Part shown: piece after piece, positions 1 to 10,298 of the stretch | Position numbering within the stretch: the first letter of the stretch is position 1 | Layout: each line of letters begins with the position of its first letter | NCBI GenBank assembly: GCA_026770705.1 | Contig: JANJGN010000002.1 | Coordinates: 106,950,001-107,014,000, forward strand | Direction of reading: 5' to 3' | Length of the DNA stretch: 64,000 nucleotides | Origin: Isurus oxyrinchus | Taxonomy: Eukaryota | Program-made: the position numbers and the translations under genes | The notes under the pieces: model-generated | What the model was told of the DNA's origin: nothing | What the model saw: only the letters and a program-made list of their open reading frames with translations | Databases searched by the model: none

Positions 1-282
1 GGTTTCTTTTCAACTGTATACCTTCAGTCCACTCTCCAGAAACCTGACTCGGGACAAGCAACTTGGAAGTTGAAACTTTGTTCGAGCTAAGTGAGGGTGT
101 TATATCTGTCAGTGAAGCTGCTTCTTCAGAACTTTTTCATTATGACTGAATAAATTGGACCAATGCCAAGCCTCACTCAGAGATCCAGGTCACTTTTTGC
201 CCCAAATGTTTCGGAGTTCCACAAGTGACTACGCATGCCTGCATGTTAGCATTTAAATGCAGTTTTTGTGCAAAAGCACAAG

Positions 283-724
283 CTTGTGCTGTAGCATTCT
301 TGCCTCTCACTTGCAGAACTGTAATTTCAAGCCAAATCGCAAGGTTGGAGTGCAAAAATGCAGTTGACACACAAGTGATTTACTGAGGGTGTGCTGCGCT
401 CTCAGAAGTGCTATGACGTGCATTTTACTTGAATCCGAAGCCATATCTCCCTTCTCTTGGGATGGTAAGAGGTCCCCTGGCGCTATTCCAATGAATAACA
501 GGGGGCTCCTACCTGCTGTCGTGGGCAATATTTAGCTCTCGGTCAGTATCATAAAAGACACGCAATATCTCCTCGATGCCGAATTGCTGTCTGGCGTTTG
601 CAAGCTACCTGCACGTTGGTGACATTAGAGCAGTGAACACATTTGAAACGCATTTCTTTGCCTGGAAAGTGCTTTCAGATTCGTGGCAATGATCAAACGC
701 GCTCTATAAATGTGTCGCTGTTTT
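283..724 (+). mobile_element. Decayed near-full-length tRNA-derived Deu-domain SINE (SacSINE1-like); recurs in every unit
   Basis: Colinear blocks resemble the recalled chondrichthyan DeuSINE consensus: GTAGCA(T/C)TCTTGCCTCT head, TACTGAGGGTGTGCTGC, CCC-TGGCGCTATT, CAGGGG, GGCAATATTTA, ATTGCTGT, AAAGTGCTTT, GCGCTCTATAAATG tail. The Pol III B-box is degenerate. Boundaries are approximate and the match is from memory. Confidence 0.65.
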
Positions 725-762
725 AACATATTGAGCCTTGACGAGAGTGCACAAAAAATCAA

Positions 763-780
763 TTACCCCAAAGTGCAATG
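763..780 (+). promoter_or_regulatory. SPH (Staf/ZNF143)-like motif of the snRNA distal sequence element; recurs in every unit
   Basis: TTACCCCAAAGTGCAATG resembles the SPH motif (YYWCCCRNMATSCMYY) and lies 10 bp upstream of an octamer, about 240 bp upstream of U5. Confidence 0.6.
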
Positions 781-790
781 TTGAACATGA

Positions 791-798
791 ATTTGCAT
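791..798 (-). promoter_or_regulatory. Octamer (Oct-1 site) of the snRNA distal sequence element; recurs in every unit
   Basis: ATTTGCAT is the perfect reverse complement of ATGCAAAT, at about -211 from the U5 start, the usual DSE position. Confidence 0.85.
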
Positions 799-939
799 AT
801 CGTGCAAGATTTGCAGCTGGCATGAGCGATGCTTGTTGCAGTCAATATTCTGGCATTGTAAAGAAAGATTTCCATGATTTTAGTCGCTGGAAATTGGTGT
901 CTTTTCATATTCTGAGTATTTAGGAGAACTGTTAGTTTG

Positions 940-957
940 TCACCACGGCTTTAGGAG
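940..957 (+). promoter_or_regulatory. Proximal sequence element (PSE, SNAPc site); recurs in every unit
   Basis: TCACCA(C/T)GGCTTTAGGAG at -62 to -45 resembles the vertebrate PSE (TCACCNTNASTNAAAAG). No TATA box lies between it and +1, as expected for a Pol II snRNA. Confidence 0.75.
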
Positions 958-1001
958 AGGGCTCTCACTTCTCACCAAGGATACTGTACCTGCTCTTTCA
1001 T

Positions 1002-1115
1002 AAGCTCCCAATTCTCTTCAATTTGTATAAATCTTTCGCCTTTTACTAAAGATTTCCGTGGAGAGAATTGATTGAGAATTTTGAAGCAATTTTTGAATGC
1101 CTGACCTCAGGCAGG
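1002..1115 (+). ncRNA. RNU5: U5 spliceosomal snRNA, copy 1
   Basis: TTCTCTTCA...TAAATCTTTCGCCTTTTACTAAAGATTTCCGTGGAGAG matches the vertebrate U5 core. Loop 1 GCCTTTTAC 1038-1046, stem CAATTCTCT/AGAGAATTG, Sm site AATTTTTG 1088-1095, 3' hairpin TGCCTG-ACCT-CAGGCA 1098-1113. Private C>T at 1024. Ends are +/-2 nt. Confidence 0.96.
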
Positions 1116-1129
1116 TTTACTTGTCCAAT

Positions 1130-1142
1130 GTGCAAAAACAGA
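1130..1142 (+). terminator. snRNA 3' box (Integrator 3'-end formation signal); recurs in every unit
   Basis: GTGCAAAAACAGA about 15 nt after the U5 3' hairpin resembles GTTTN(0-3)AAARNNAGA. Confidence 0.7.
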
Positions 1143-1659
1143 TGCCATTCAAACTATTTTTTCTGCCTGACTACTTTTTCTGCATATCAGTAGTGTTCCA
1201 GCGTGTTGCAATGCACAGCATTATTACAGCAGCCTTTCCAAAAAAAACACCATGAATCGATGCACTTTCCCAATCCTGATGCTGTCACGACGCTAGGTCT
1301 TTTCACTCTTGATGCTTTCTACCTTCTGTGTTTCGCATTCCCCTCATAGCTGAGCCCTCGCTGACTGTTCTCAACTGTGTCTCCGCGTGCCTTGATAATT
1401 CTTCAAGCAAGCTGCTCATATTGAAAACAACACCCATAGATTGCGTCAGCTACCGGATTGATCAATTGCCTCCACAGGCCCCTTCTCGTCTTCAAAGCAC
1501 CAGTATAGTACGACTCCTTGCTTTAGTTTGTAACAACAAACAAATGTATTGTACTGAACAAGCAAGGAAATAACAGAAGTTTAAGACATACCTTTTCAAA
1601 GTTCATTCATAACTTTCCTAACTCCATGTTTAAGGGAAACCAGTAAATGTTCTGCAAAG

Positions 1660-1803
1660 ATAAAAGCAAAATACTGCACATGCTGGGAAACTGAAGCAAA
1701 AACAAAAATAGCTGGAAAACTCAGCAGGTCTGACAGCATACGTGGAGAGGAAGTCAGAGTTATCGTTTCCAGTCCGTATGAGTCTTCATCAGACCTCCAT
1801 CAG
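1660..1803 (-). mobile_element. Short Penelope-like terminal-repeat fragment with decayed hammerhead-like core; recurs in every unit
   Basis: AAAAGCAAAATACTGC..ATGCTGG..AAAATAGCTGGAAAACTCAGCAGGTCTGACAGCATCTGTGGAGAG..CAGAGTT..CGTTTC..TCTTCATCAGA resembles a recalled abundant shark repeat. The minus strand reads CTGATGA-N16-GAAAC. It is flanked by 15-bp direct repeats at 1645-1659 and 1804-1818. Confidence 0.6.
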
Positions 1804-2047
1804 AAGTGGTCTGCAAAGCTGCGCTAAACTGAGCGTAATCCAATGCCACATTTTACCCATCTGTTTGGCTTTACTTCAACATCAATGAGTACTCTCTTCT
1901 TGAATGACAGGCTTCGTGGCACCCAGGCGCATTATCTTTGAAAGTCATTGATTTCAAAGCGAAAGTCATTGATTGAAAGGCTTTTGTTTGCAATGTACAA
2001 AGTATCCAATCAATTCATACTTAGCTTCTTATCAGACACGTCAAGAT

Positions 2048-2272
2048 AAAGACAGACTTGCATTATTTATCACTTCTCAAGTCCTCTGGACGTCCCAAAT
2101 GTCATCACTGCTAATCACGTGTTTGTGACGTCTAGTCACTTGTGATGTAGGAAATGCGGCAAGTAATGTGCACACAACAAACAGCAATGTGAGAATCACC
2201 AGGTAAAATGTTGTCATAAAGTGGATTCAAGACAAAACGTTGATCACGCTACTGGAGAAGAACATGCTGCTC
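2048..2272 (-). mobile_element. Decayed Deu-domain SINE 3' half (SacSINE1-like), minus strand; recurs in every unit
   Basis: ACTTGCATT..GGACGTCCCAAA..TAGTCACT..ATGTAGGAAA(T/C)GCGGCA..GCACA..ACAAACAGCAATGTGA..ACCAG..GG(A/G)GAAGAAC..CTGCTC is colinear with the reverse complement of the recalled consensus. It may extend weakly to about 2415. Confidence 0.65.
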
Positions 2273-3297
2273 ATATCTGAACAGAATAACCAGCACGGTT
2301 TCTTTTCAACTGTATACCTTCAGTCCACTCTCCAGAAACCTGACTCGGGACAAGCAACTTGGAAGTTGAAACTTTGTTCGAGCTAAGTGAGGGTGTTATA
2401 TCTGTCAGTGAAGCTGCTTCTTCAGAACTTTTTCATTATGACTGAATAAATTGGACCAATGCCAAGCCTCACTCAGAGATCCAGGTCACTTTTTGCCCCA
2501 AATGTTTCGGAGTTCCACAAGTGACTACGCATGCCTGCATGTTAGCATTTAAATGCAGTTTTTGTGCAAAAGCACAAGCTTGTGCTGTAGCATTCTTGCC
2601 TCTCACTTGCAGAACTGTAATTTCAAGCCAAATCGCAAGGTTGGAGTGCAAAAATGCAGTTGACACACAAGTGATTTACTGAGGGTGTGCTGCGCTCTCA
2701 GAAGTGCTATGACGTGCATTTTACTTGAATCCGAAGCCATATCTCCCTTCTCTTGGGATGGTAAGAGGTCCCCTGGCGCTATTCCAATGAATAACAGGGG
2801 GCTCCTACCTGCTGTCGTGGGCAATATTTAGCTCTCGGTCAGTATCATAAAAGACACGCAATATCTCCTCGATGCCGAATTGCTGTCTGGCGTTTGCAAG
2901 CTACCTGCACGTTGGTGACATTAGAGCAGTGAACACATTTGAAACGCATTTCTTTGCCTGGAAAGTGCTTTCAGATTCGTGGCAATGATCAAACGCGCTC
3001 TATAAATGTGTCGCTGTTTTAACATATTGAGCCTTGACGAGAGTGCACAAAAAATCAATTACCCCAAAGTGCAATGTTGAACATGAATTTGCATATCGTG
3101 CAAGATTTGCAGCTGGCATGAGCGATGCTTGTTGCAGTCAATATTCTGGCATTGTAAAGAAAGATTTCCATGATTTTAGTCGCTGGAAATTGGTGTCTTT
3201 TCATATTCTGAGTATTTAGGAGAACTGTTAGTTTGTCACCACGGCTTTAGGAGAGGGCTCTCACTTCTCACCAAGGATACTGTACCTGCTCTTTCAT

Positions 3298-3411
3298 AAG
3301 CTCCCAATTCTCTTCAATTCGTATAAATCTTTCGCCTTTTACTAAAGATTTCCGTGGAGAGAATTGATTGAGAGTTTTGAAGCAATTTTTGAATGCCTGA
3401 CCTCAGGCAGG
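3298..3411 (+). ncRNA. RNU5: U5 snRNA, copy 2
   Basis: Intact loop 1, Sm site and 3' hairpin; G77 allele. Confidence 0.96.
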
Positions 3412-5593
3412 TTTACTTGTCCAATGTGCAAAAACAGATGCCATTCAAACTATTTTTTCTGCCTGACTACTTTTTCTGCATATCAGTAGTGTTCCAGCGT
3501 GTTGCAATGCACAGCATTATTACAGCAGCCTTTCCAAAAAAAACACCATGAATCGATGCACTTTCCCAATCCTGATGCTGTCACGACGCTAGGTCTTTTC
3601 ACTCTTGATGCTTTCTACCTTCTGTGTTTCGCATTCCCCTCATAGCTGAGCCCTCGCTGACTGTTCTCAACTGTGTCTCCGCGTGCCTTGATAATTCTTC
3701 AAGCAAGCTGCTCATATTGAAAACAACACCCATAGATTGCGTCAGCTACCGGATTGATCAATTGCCTCCACAGGCCCCTTCTCGTCTTCAAAGCACCAGT
3801 ATAGTACGACTCCTTGCTTTAGTTTGTAACAACAAACAAATGTATTGTACTGAACAAGCAAGGAAATAACAGAAGTTTAAGACATACCTTTTCAAAGTTC
3901 ATTCATAACTTTCCTAACTCCATGTTTAAGGGAAACCAGTAAATGTTCTGCAAAGATAAAAGCAAAATACTGCACATGCTGGGAAACTGAAGCAAAAACA
4001 AAAATAGCTGGAAAACTCAGCAGGTCTGACAGCATACGTGGAGAGGAAGTCAGAGTTATCGTTTCCAGTCCGTATGAGTCTTCATCAGACCTCCATCAGA
4101 AGTGGTCTGCAAAGCTGCGCTAAACTGAGCGTAATCCAATGCCACATTTTACCCATCTGTTTGGCTTTACTTCAACATCAATGAGTACTCTCTTCTTGAA
4201 TGACAGGCTTCGTGGCACCCAGGCGCATTATCTTTGAAAGTCATTGATTTCAAAGCTAAAGTCATTGATTGAAAGGCTTTTGTTTGCAATGTACAAAGTA
4301 TCCAATCAATTCATACTTAGCTTCTTATCAGACACGTCAAGATAAAGACAGACTTGCATTATTTATCACTTCTCAAGTCCTCTGGACGTCCCAAATGTCA
4401 TCACTGCTAATCACGTGTTTGTGACGTCTAGTCACTTGTGATGTAGGAAATGCGGCAAGTAATGTGCACACAACAAACAGCAATGTGAGAATCACCAGGT
4501 AAAATGTTGTCATAAAGTGGATTCAAGACAAAACGTTGCTCACGCTACTGGGGAAGAACATGCTGCTCATATCTGAACAGAATAACCAGCACGGTTTCTT
4601 TTCAACTGTATACCTTCAGTCCACTCTCCTGAAACCTGACTCGGGACAAGCAACTTGGAAGTTGAAACTTTGTTCGAGCTAAGTGAGGGTGTTATATCTG
4701 TCAGTGAAGCTGCTTCTTCAGAACTTTTTCATTATGACTGAATAAATTGGACCAATGCCAAGCCTCACTCAGAGATCCAGGTCACTTTTTGCCCCAAATG
4801 TTTCGGAGTTCCACAAGTGACTACGCATGCCTGCATGTTAGCATTTAAATGCAGTTTTTGTGCAAAAGCACAAGCTTGTGCTGTAGCATTCTTGCCTCTC
4901 ACTTGCAGAACTGTAATTTCAAGCCAAATCGCAAGGTTGGAGTGCAAAAATGCAGTTGACACACAAGTGATTTTCTGAGGGTGTGCTGCGCTCTCAGAAG
5001 TGCTATGACGTGCATTTTACTTGAATCCGAAGCCATATCTCCCTTCTCTTGGGATGGTAAGAGGTCCCCTGGCGCTATTCCAATGAGTAACAGGGGGCTC
5101 CTACCTGCTGTCGTGGGCAATATTTAGCTCTCGGTCAGTATCATAAAAGACACGCACTATCTCCTCGATGCCGAATTGCTGTCTGGCGTTTGCAAGCTAC
5201 CTGCACGTTGGTGACATTAGAGCAGTGAACACATTTGAAACGCATTTCTTTGCCTGGAAAGTGCTTTCAGATTCGTGGCAATGATCAAACGCGCCCTATA
5301 AATGTGTCGCTGTTTTAACATATTGAGCCTTGACGAGAGTGCACAAAAAATCAATTACCCCAAAGTGCAATGTTGAACATGAATTTGCATATCGTGCAAG
5401 ATTTGCAGCTGGCATGAGCGATGCTTGTTGCAGTCAATATTCTGGCATTGTAAAGAAAGATTTCCATGATTTTAGTCGCTGGAAATTGGTGTCTTTTCAT
5501 ATTCTGAGTATTTAGGAGAACTGTTAGTTTGTCACCACGGCTTTAGGAGAGGGCTCTCACTTCTCACCAAGGATATTGTACCTGCTCTTTCTT

Positions 5594-5707
5594 AATCCCC
5601 CAATTCTCTTCAATTCGTATAAATCTTTCGCCTTTTACTAAAGATTTCCGTGGCGAGAATTGATTGAGAATTTTGAAGCAATTTTTGAATGCCTGACCTC
5701 AGGCAGG
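5594..5707 (+). ncRNA. RNU5: U5 snRNA, copy 3 (divergent, possibly impaired)
   Basis: U5 core present, but the 5' end reads AATCCC instead of AAGCTC and A61C (5654) breaks a stem pair. Confidence 0.85.
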
Positions 5708-7888
5708 TTTACTTGTCCAATGTGCAAAAACAGATGCCATTCAAACTATTTTTTCTGCCTGACTACTTTTTCTGCATAACAGTAGTGTTCCAGCGTGTTG
5801 CAATGCACAGCATTATTACAGCAGCCTTTCCAAAAAAAACACCATGAATCGATGCACTTTCCCAATCCTGATGCTGTCACGACGCTAGGTCTTTTCACTC
5901 TTGATGCTTTCTACCTTCTGTGTTTCGCATTCCCCTCATAGCTGAGCCCTCGCTGACTGTTCTCAACTGTGTCTCCGCGTGCCTTGATAATTCTTCAAGC
6001 AAGCTGCTCATATTGAAAACAACACCCATAGATTGCGTCAGCTACCGGATTGATCAATTGCCTCCACAGGCCCCTTCTCGTCTTCAAAGCACCAGTATAG
6101 TACGACTCCTTGCTTTAGTTTGTAACAACAAACAAATGTATTGTACTGAACAAGCAAGGAAATAACAGAAGTTTAAGACATACCTTTTCAAAGTTCATTC
6201 ATAACTTTCCTAACTCCATGTTTAAGGGAAACCAGTAAATGTTCTGCAAAGATAAAAGCAAAATACTGCACATGCTGGGAAACTGAAGCAAAAACAAAAA
6301 TAGCTGGAAAACTCAGCAGGTCTGACAGCATACGTGGAGAGGAAGTCAGAGTTATCGTTTCCAGTCCGTATGAGTCTTCATCAGACCTCCATCAGAAGTG
6401 GTCTGCAAAGCTGCGCTAAACTGAGCGTAATCCAATGTCACATTTTACCCATCTGTTTGGCTTTACTTCAACATCAATGAGTACTCTCTTCTTGAATGAC
6501 AGGCTTCGTGGCACGCAGGCGCATTATCTTTGAAAGTCATTGATTTCAAAGCGAAAGTCATTGATTGAAAGGCTTTTGTTTGCAATGTACAAAGTATCCA
6601 ATCAATTCATACTTAGCTTCTTATCAGACACGTCAAGATAAAGACAGACTTGCATTATTTATCACTTCTCAAGTCCTCTGGACGTCCCAAATGTCATCAC
6701 TGCTAATCACGTGTTTGTGACGTCTAGTCACTTGTGATGTAGGAAATGCGGCAAGTAATGTGCACACAACAAACAGCAATGTGAGAATCACCAGGTAAAA
6801 TGTTGTCATAAAGTGGATTCAAGACAAAACGTTGCTCACGCTACTGGAGAAGAACATGCTGCTCATATCTGAACAGAATAACCAGCACGGTTTCTTTTCA
6901 ACTGAATACCTTCAGTCCACTCTCCAGAAACCTGACTCGGGACAAGCAACTTGGAAGTTGAAACTTTGTTCGAGCTAAGTGAGGGTGTTATATCTGTCAG
7001 TGAAGCTGCTTCTTCAGAACTTTTTCATTATGACTGAATAAATTGGACCAGTGCCAAGCCTCACTCAGAGATCCAGGTCACTTTTTGCCCCAAATGTTTC
7101 GGAGTTCCACAAGTGACTACGCATGCCTGCATTTTAGCATTTAAATGCAGTTTTTGTGCAAAAGCACAAGCTTGTGCTGTAGCACTCTTCCTCTCACTTG
7201 CAGAAATTTAATTTCAAGCCAAATCGCAAGTTTTGAGTGCAACAATGCAGTTCACACACAAGTGGTTTACTGAGGGTGTGCTGCGCTCTCAGAAGTGCTA
7301 TGACATGCATTTTACGTGAATCCGAAGCCACATCTCCCTTCTCTTGGGATGGTAAGAGGTCCCCTGGCGCTATTCCAATGAATAACAGGGGGCTCCTACC
7401 TGCTGTCGTGGGCAATATTTAGCTCTCGGTCAGTATCATAAAAGACACACACCATCTCCTCGTTGCCGAATTGCTGTCTGGCGTTTGCAAGTTACCTGCA
7501 CATTGGTGACATTAGAGCAGTGAACACATTTGAAATGCATTTCTTTGCCTGGAAAGTGCTTTCAGATTCGTGGCAATGATCAAACGCGCTCTATAAATGT
7601 GTCGCTGTTTTAACATATTGAGCCTTGACGAGAGTGCACAAAAAATCAATTACCCCAAAGTGCAATGTTGAACATGAATTTGCATATCGTGCAAGATTTG
7701 CAGCTGGCATGAGCGATGCTTGTTGCAGTCAATATTCTGGCATTGTAAAGAAAGATTTCCATGATTTTAGTCGCTGGAAATTGGTGTCTTTTCATATTCT
7801 GAGTATTTAGGAGAACTGTTAGTTTGTCACCATGGCTTTAGGAGAGGGCTCTCACTTCTCACCAAGGATATTGTACCTGCTCTTTTAT

Positions 7889-8002
7889 AAGCTCCCAATT
7901 CTCTTCAATTCGTATAAATCTTTTGCCTTTTACTAAAGATTTCCGTGGAGAGAATTGATTGAGAATTTTGAAGCAATTTTTGAATGCCTGACCTCAGGCA
8001 GG
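7889..8002 (+). ncRNA. RNU5: U5 snRNA, copy 4 (C36T variant)
   Basis: ATCTTTTGCCTTTTAC, with C>T at 7924 at the 5' edge of loop 1; otherwise intact. Confidence 0.92.
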
Positions 8003-10184
8003 TTTACTTGTCCAATGTGCAAAAACAGATGCCATTCAAGCTATTTTTTCTGCCTGACTACTTTTTCCGCATATCAGTAGTGCTCCTGCGTGTTGCAATG
8101 CACAGCATTATTACAGCAGCTTTTCCAAAAAAAACACCATGAATCGATGCACTTTCCCAATCCTGATGCTGTCACGACGCTAGGTCTTTTCACTTTTGAT
8201 GCTTTCTACCTTCTGTGTTTCGCATTCCCCTCATAGCTGAGCCCTCGCTGACTGTTCTCAACTGTGTCTCCGCGTGCCTTGATAATTCTTCAAGCAAGCT
8301 CCTCATATTGAAAACAACACCCATAGATTGCGTCAGCTACCGGATTGATCAATTGCCTCCACAGGCCCCTTCTCGTCTTCAAAGCACCAGTATAGTCCGA
8401 CTCCATGCTTGAGTTTGTAACAACAAACAAATGTATTGTACTGAACAAGCAAGGAAATAACAGAAGTTTTAAGACATACCTTTTCAAAGTTCATTCATAA
8501 CTTTCCTAACTCCATGTTTAAGGGAAACCAGTAAATGGTCTGCAAATATAAAAGGAAAATACTGCACATGCTGGGAAACTGAAGCAAAAACAAAAATAGC
8601 TGGAAAACGCAGCAGGTCTGACAGCATCTGTGGAGAGGAAGTCACAGTTATCGTTTCCAGTCCGTATGAGTCTTCATCAGACCTCCATCAGAAGTGGTCT
8701 GCAAAGCTGGGCTAAACTGAACGTAATCCAATGCCACATTTTACCCATCTGTTTGGCTTTACTTCAACATCTATGAGCGCTCTCTTCTTGAATGACAGGC
8801 TTCGTGGCACCCAGGCGCATTATCTTTGAAAGTCATTGATTTCAAAGCGAAAGTCATTGATTGAAAGGCTTTTGTTTGCAATGTACAAAGTATCCAATCA
8901 ATTCATACTTAGCTTCTTATCAGACACGTCAAGGTAAAGACAGACTTGCATTATTTATCACTTCTCAAGTCCTCTGGACGTCCCAAATGTCATCACAGCT
9001 AATCACGTGTTTGTGACGTCTAGTCACTTGTGATGTAGGAAACGCAGCAAATAATGTGAGCACAACAAACAGCAATGTGAGAATCACCAGGTAAAATGTT
9101 GTCATAAATTGGATTCAAGACAAAACGTTGCACACGCTACTGGGGAAGAACATGCTGCTCATATCTGAACAGAATAACCAGCACGGTTTCTTTTCAACTG
9201 TATACCTTCAGTCCACTCTCCAGAAACCTGACTCGGGACAAGCAACTTGGAAGTTGAAACTTTGTTCGAACTAAGTGAGGGTGTTATATCTGTCAGTGAA
9301 GCTGCTTCTTCAGAACTTTTTCATTATGACTGAATAAATTGGACCAATGCCAAGCCTCACGCAGAGATCCAAGTCACTTTTTGCCCCAAATGTTTCGGAG
9401 CTCCACAAGTGACTACGCATGCCTGCATTTTAGCATTTAAATGCAGTTTTTGTGCAAAAGCACAAGCTTGTGCTGTAGCACTCTTCCTCTCACTTGCAGA
9501 AATGTAATTTCAAGCCAAATCGCAAGGTTTGAGTGCAACAATGCAGTTCACACACAAGTGGTTTACTGAGGGTGTGCTGCGCTCTCAGAAGTGCTATGAC
9601 ATGCATTTTACGTGAATCCGAAGCCACATCTCCCTTCTCTTGGGATGGTAAGAGGTCCCCTGGCGTTATTCCAATGAATAACAGGGGAATCCTACCTGCT
9701 GTCGTGGGCAATATTTAGCTCTCGGTCAGTATCATAAAAGACACACACCATCTCCTCGTTGCCGAATTGCTGTCTGGCGTTTGCAAGTTACCTGCACATT
9801 GGTGACATTAGAGCAGTGAACACATTTGAAACGCATTTCTTTGCCTGGAAAGTGCTTTCAGATTCGTGGCAATGATCAAACGCGCTCTATAAATGTGTCG
9901 CTGTTTTAACATATTGAGCCTTGACGAGAGTGCACAAAAAATCAATTACCCCAAAGTGCAATGTTGAACATGAATTTGCATATCGTGCAAGATTTGCAGC
10001 TGGCATGAGCGATGCTTGTTGCAGTCAAAATTCTGGCATTGTAAAGAAAGATTTCCATGATTTTAGTCGCTGGAAATTGGTGTCTTTTCATATTCTGAGT
10101 ATTTAGGAGAACTGTTAGTTTGTCACCATGGCTTTAAGAGAGGGCTCTCACTTCTCACCAAGGATATTGTACCTGCTCTTTTAT

Positions 10185-10298
10185 AAACTCCCAATTCTCT
10201 TCAATTCGTATAAATCTTTCGCCTTTTACTAAAGATTTCCGTGGAGAGAATTGATTGAGAGTTTTGAAGCAATTTTTGAATGCCTGACCTCAGGCAGG
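10185..10298 (+). ncRNA. RNU5: U5 snRNA, copy 5
   Basis: Intact core; starts AAACTC; G77 allele. Confidence 0.95.

Noticed and set aside
286-335. tRNA gene or active Pol III promoter at the SINE head
   Set aside because: The A/B boxes are degenerate (ATTTCAAGCC) and no cloverleaf can be formed.
705-711. TATAAAT as a TATA box
   Set aside because: It lies about 300 bp upstream of U5 and corresponds to the SINE tail motif; Pol II snRNA promoters are TATA-less.
1515-1568. Hairpin TCCTTGCTT...AAGCAAGGA as a pre-miRNA or structured RNA
   Set aside because: Only 9-10 contiguous pairs with a poorly paired interior, which is expected by chance in 2.3 kb.
1-2296. Possible co-repeated 5S rRNA, U1, U2, U4, U6, tRNA or histone gene, as in some fish multigene arrays
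   Set aside because: I found no diagnostic motifs on either strand by eye. A cmscan against Rfam would be decisive.
2133-2527. 12-bp inverted repeat TAGTCACTTGTG / CACAAGTGACTA as transposon terminal repeats
   Set aside because: The left arm is internal to the SINE relic, no target-site duplication is evident, and such a match is not rare at this scale.
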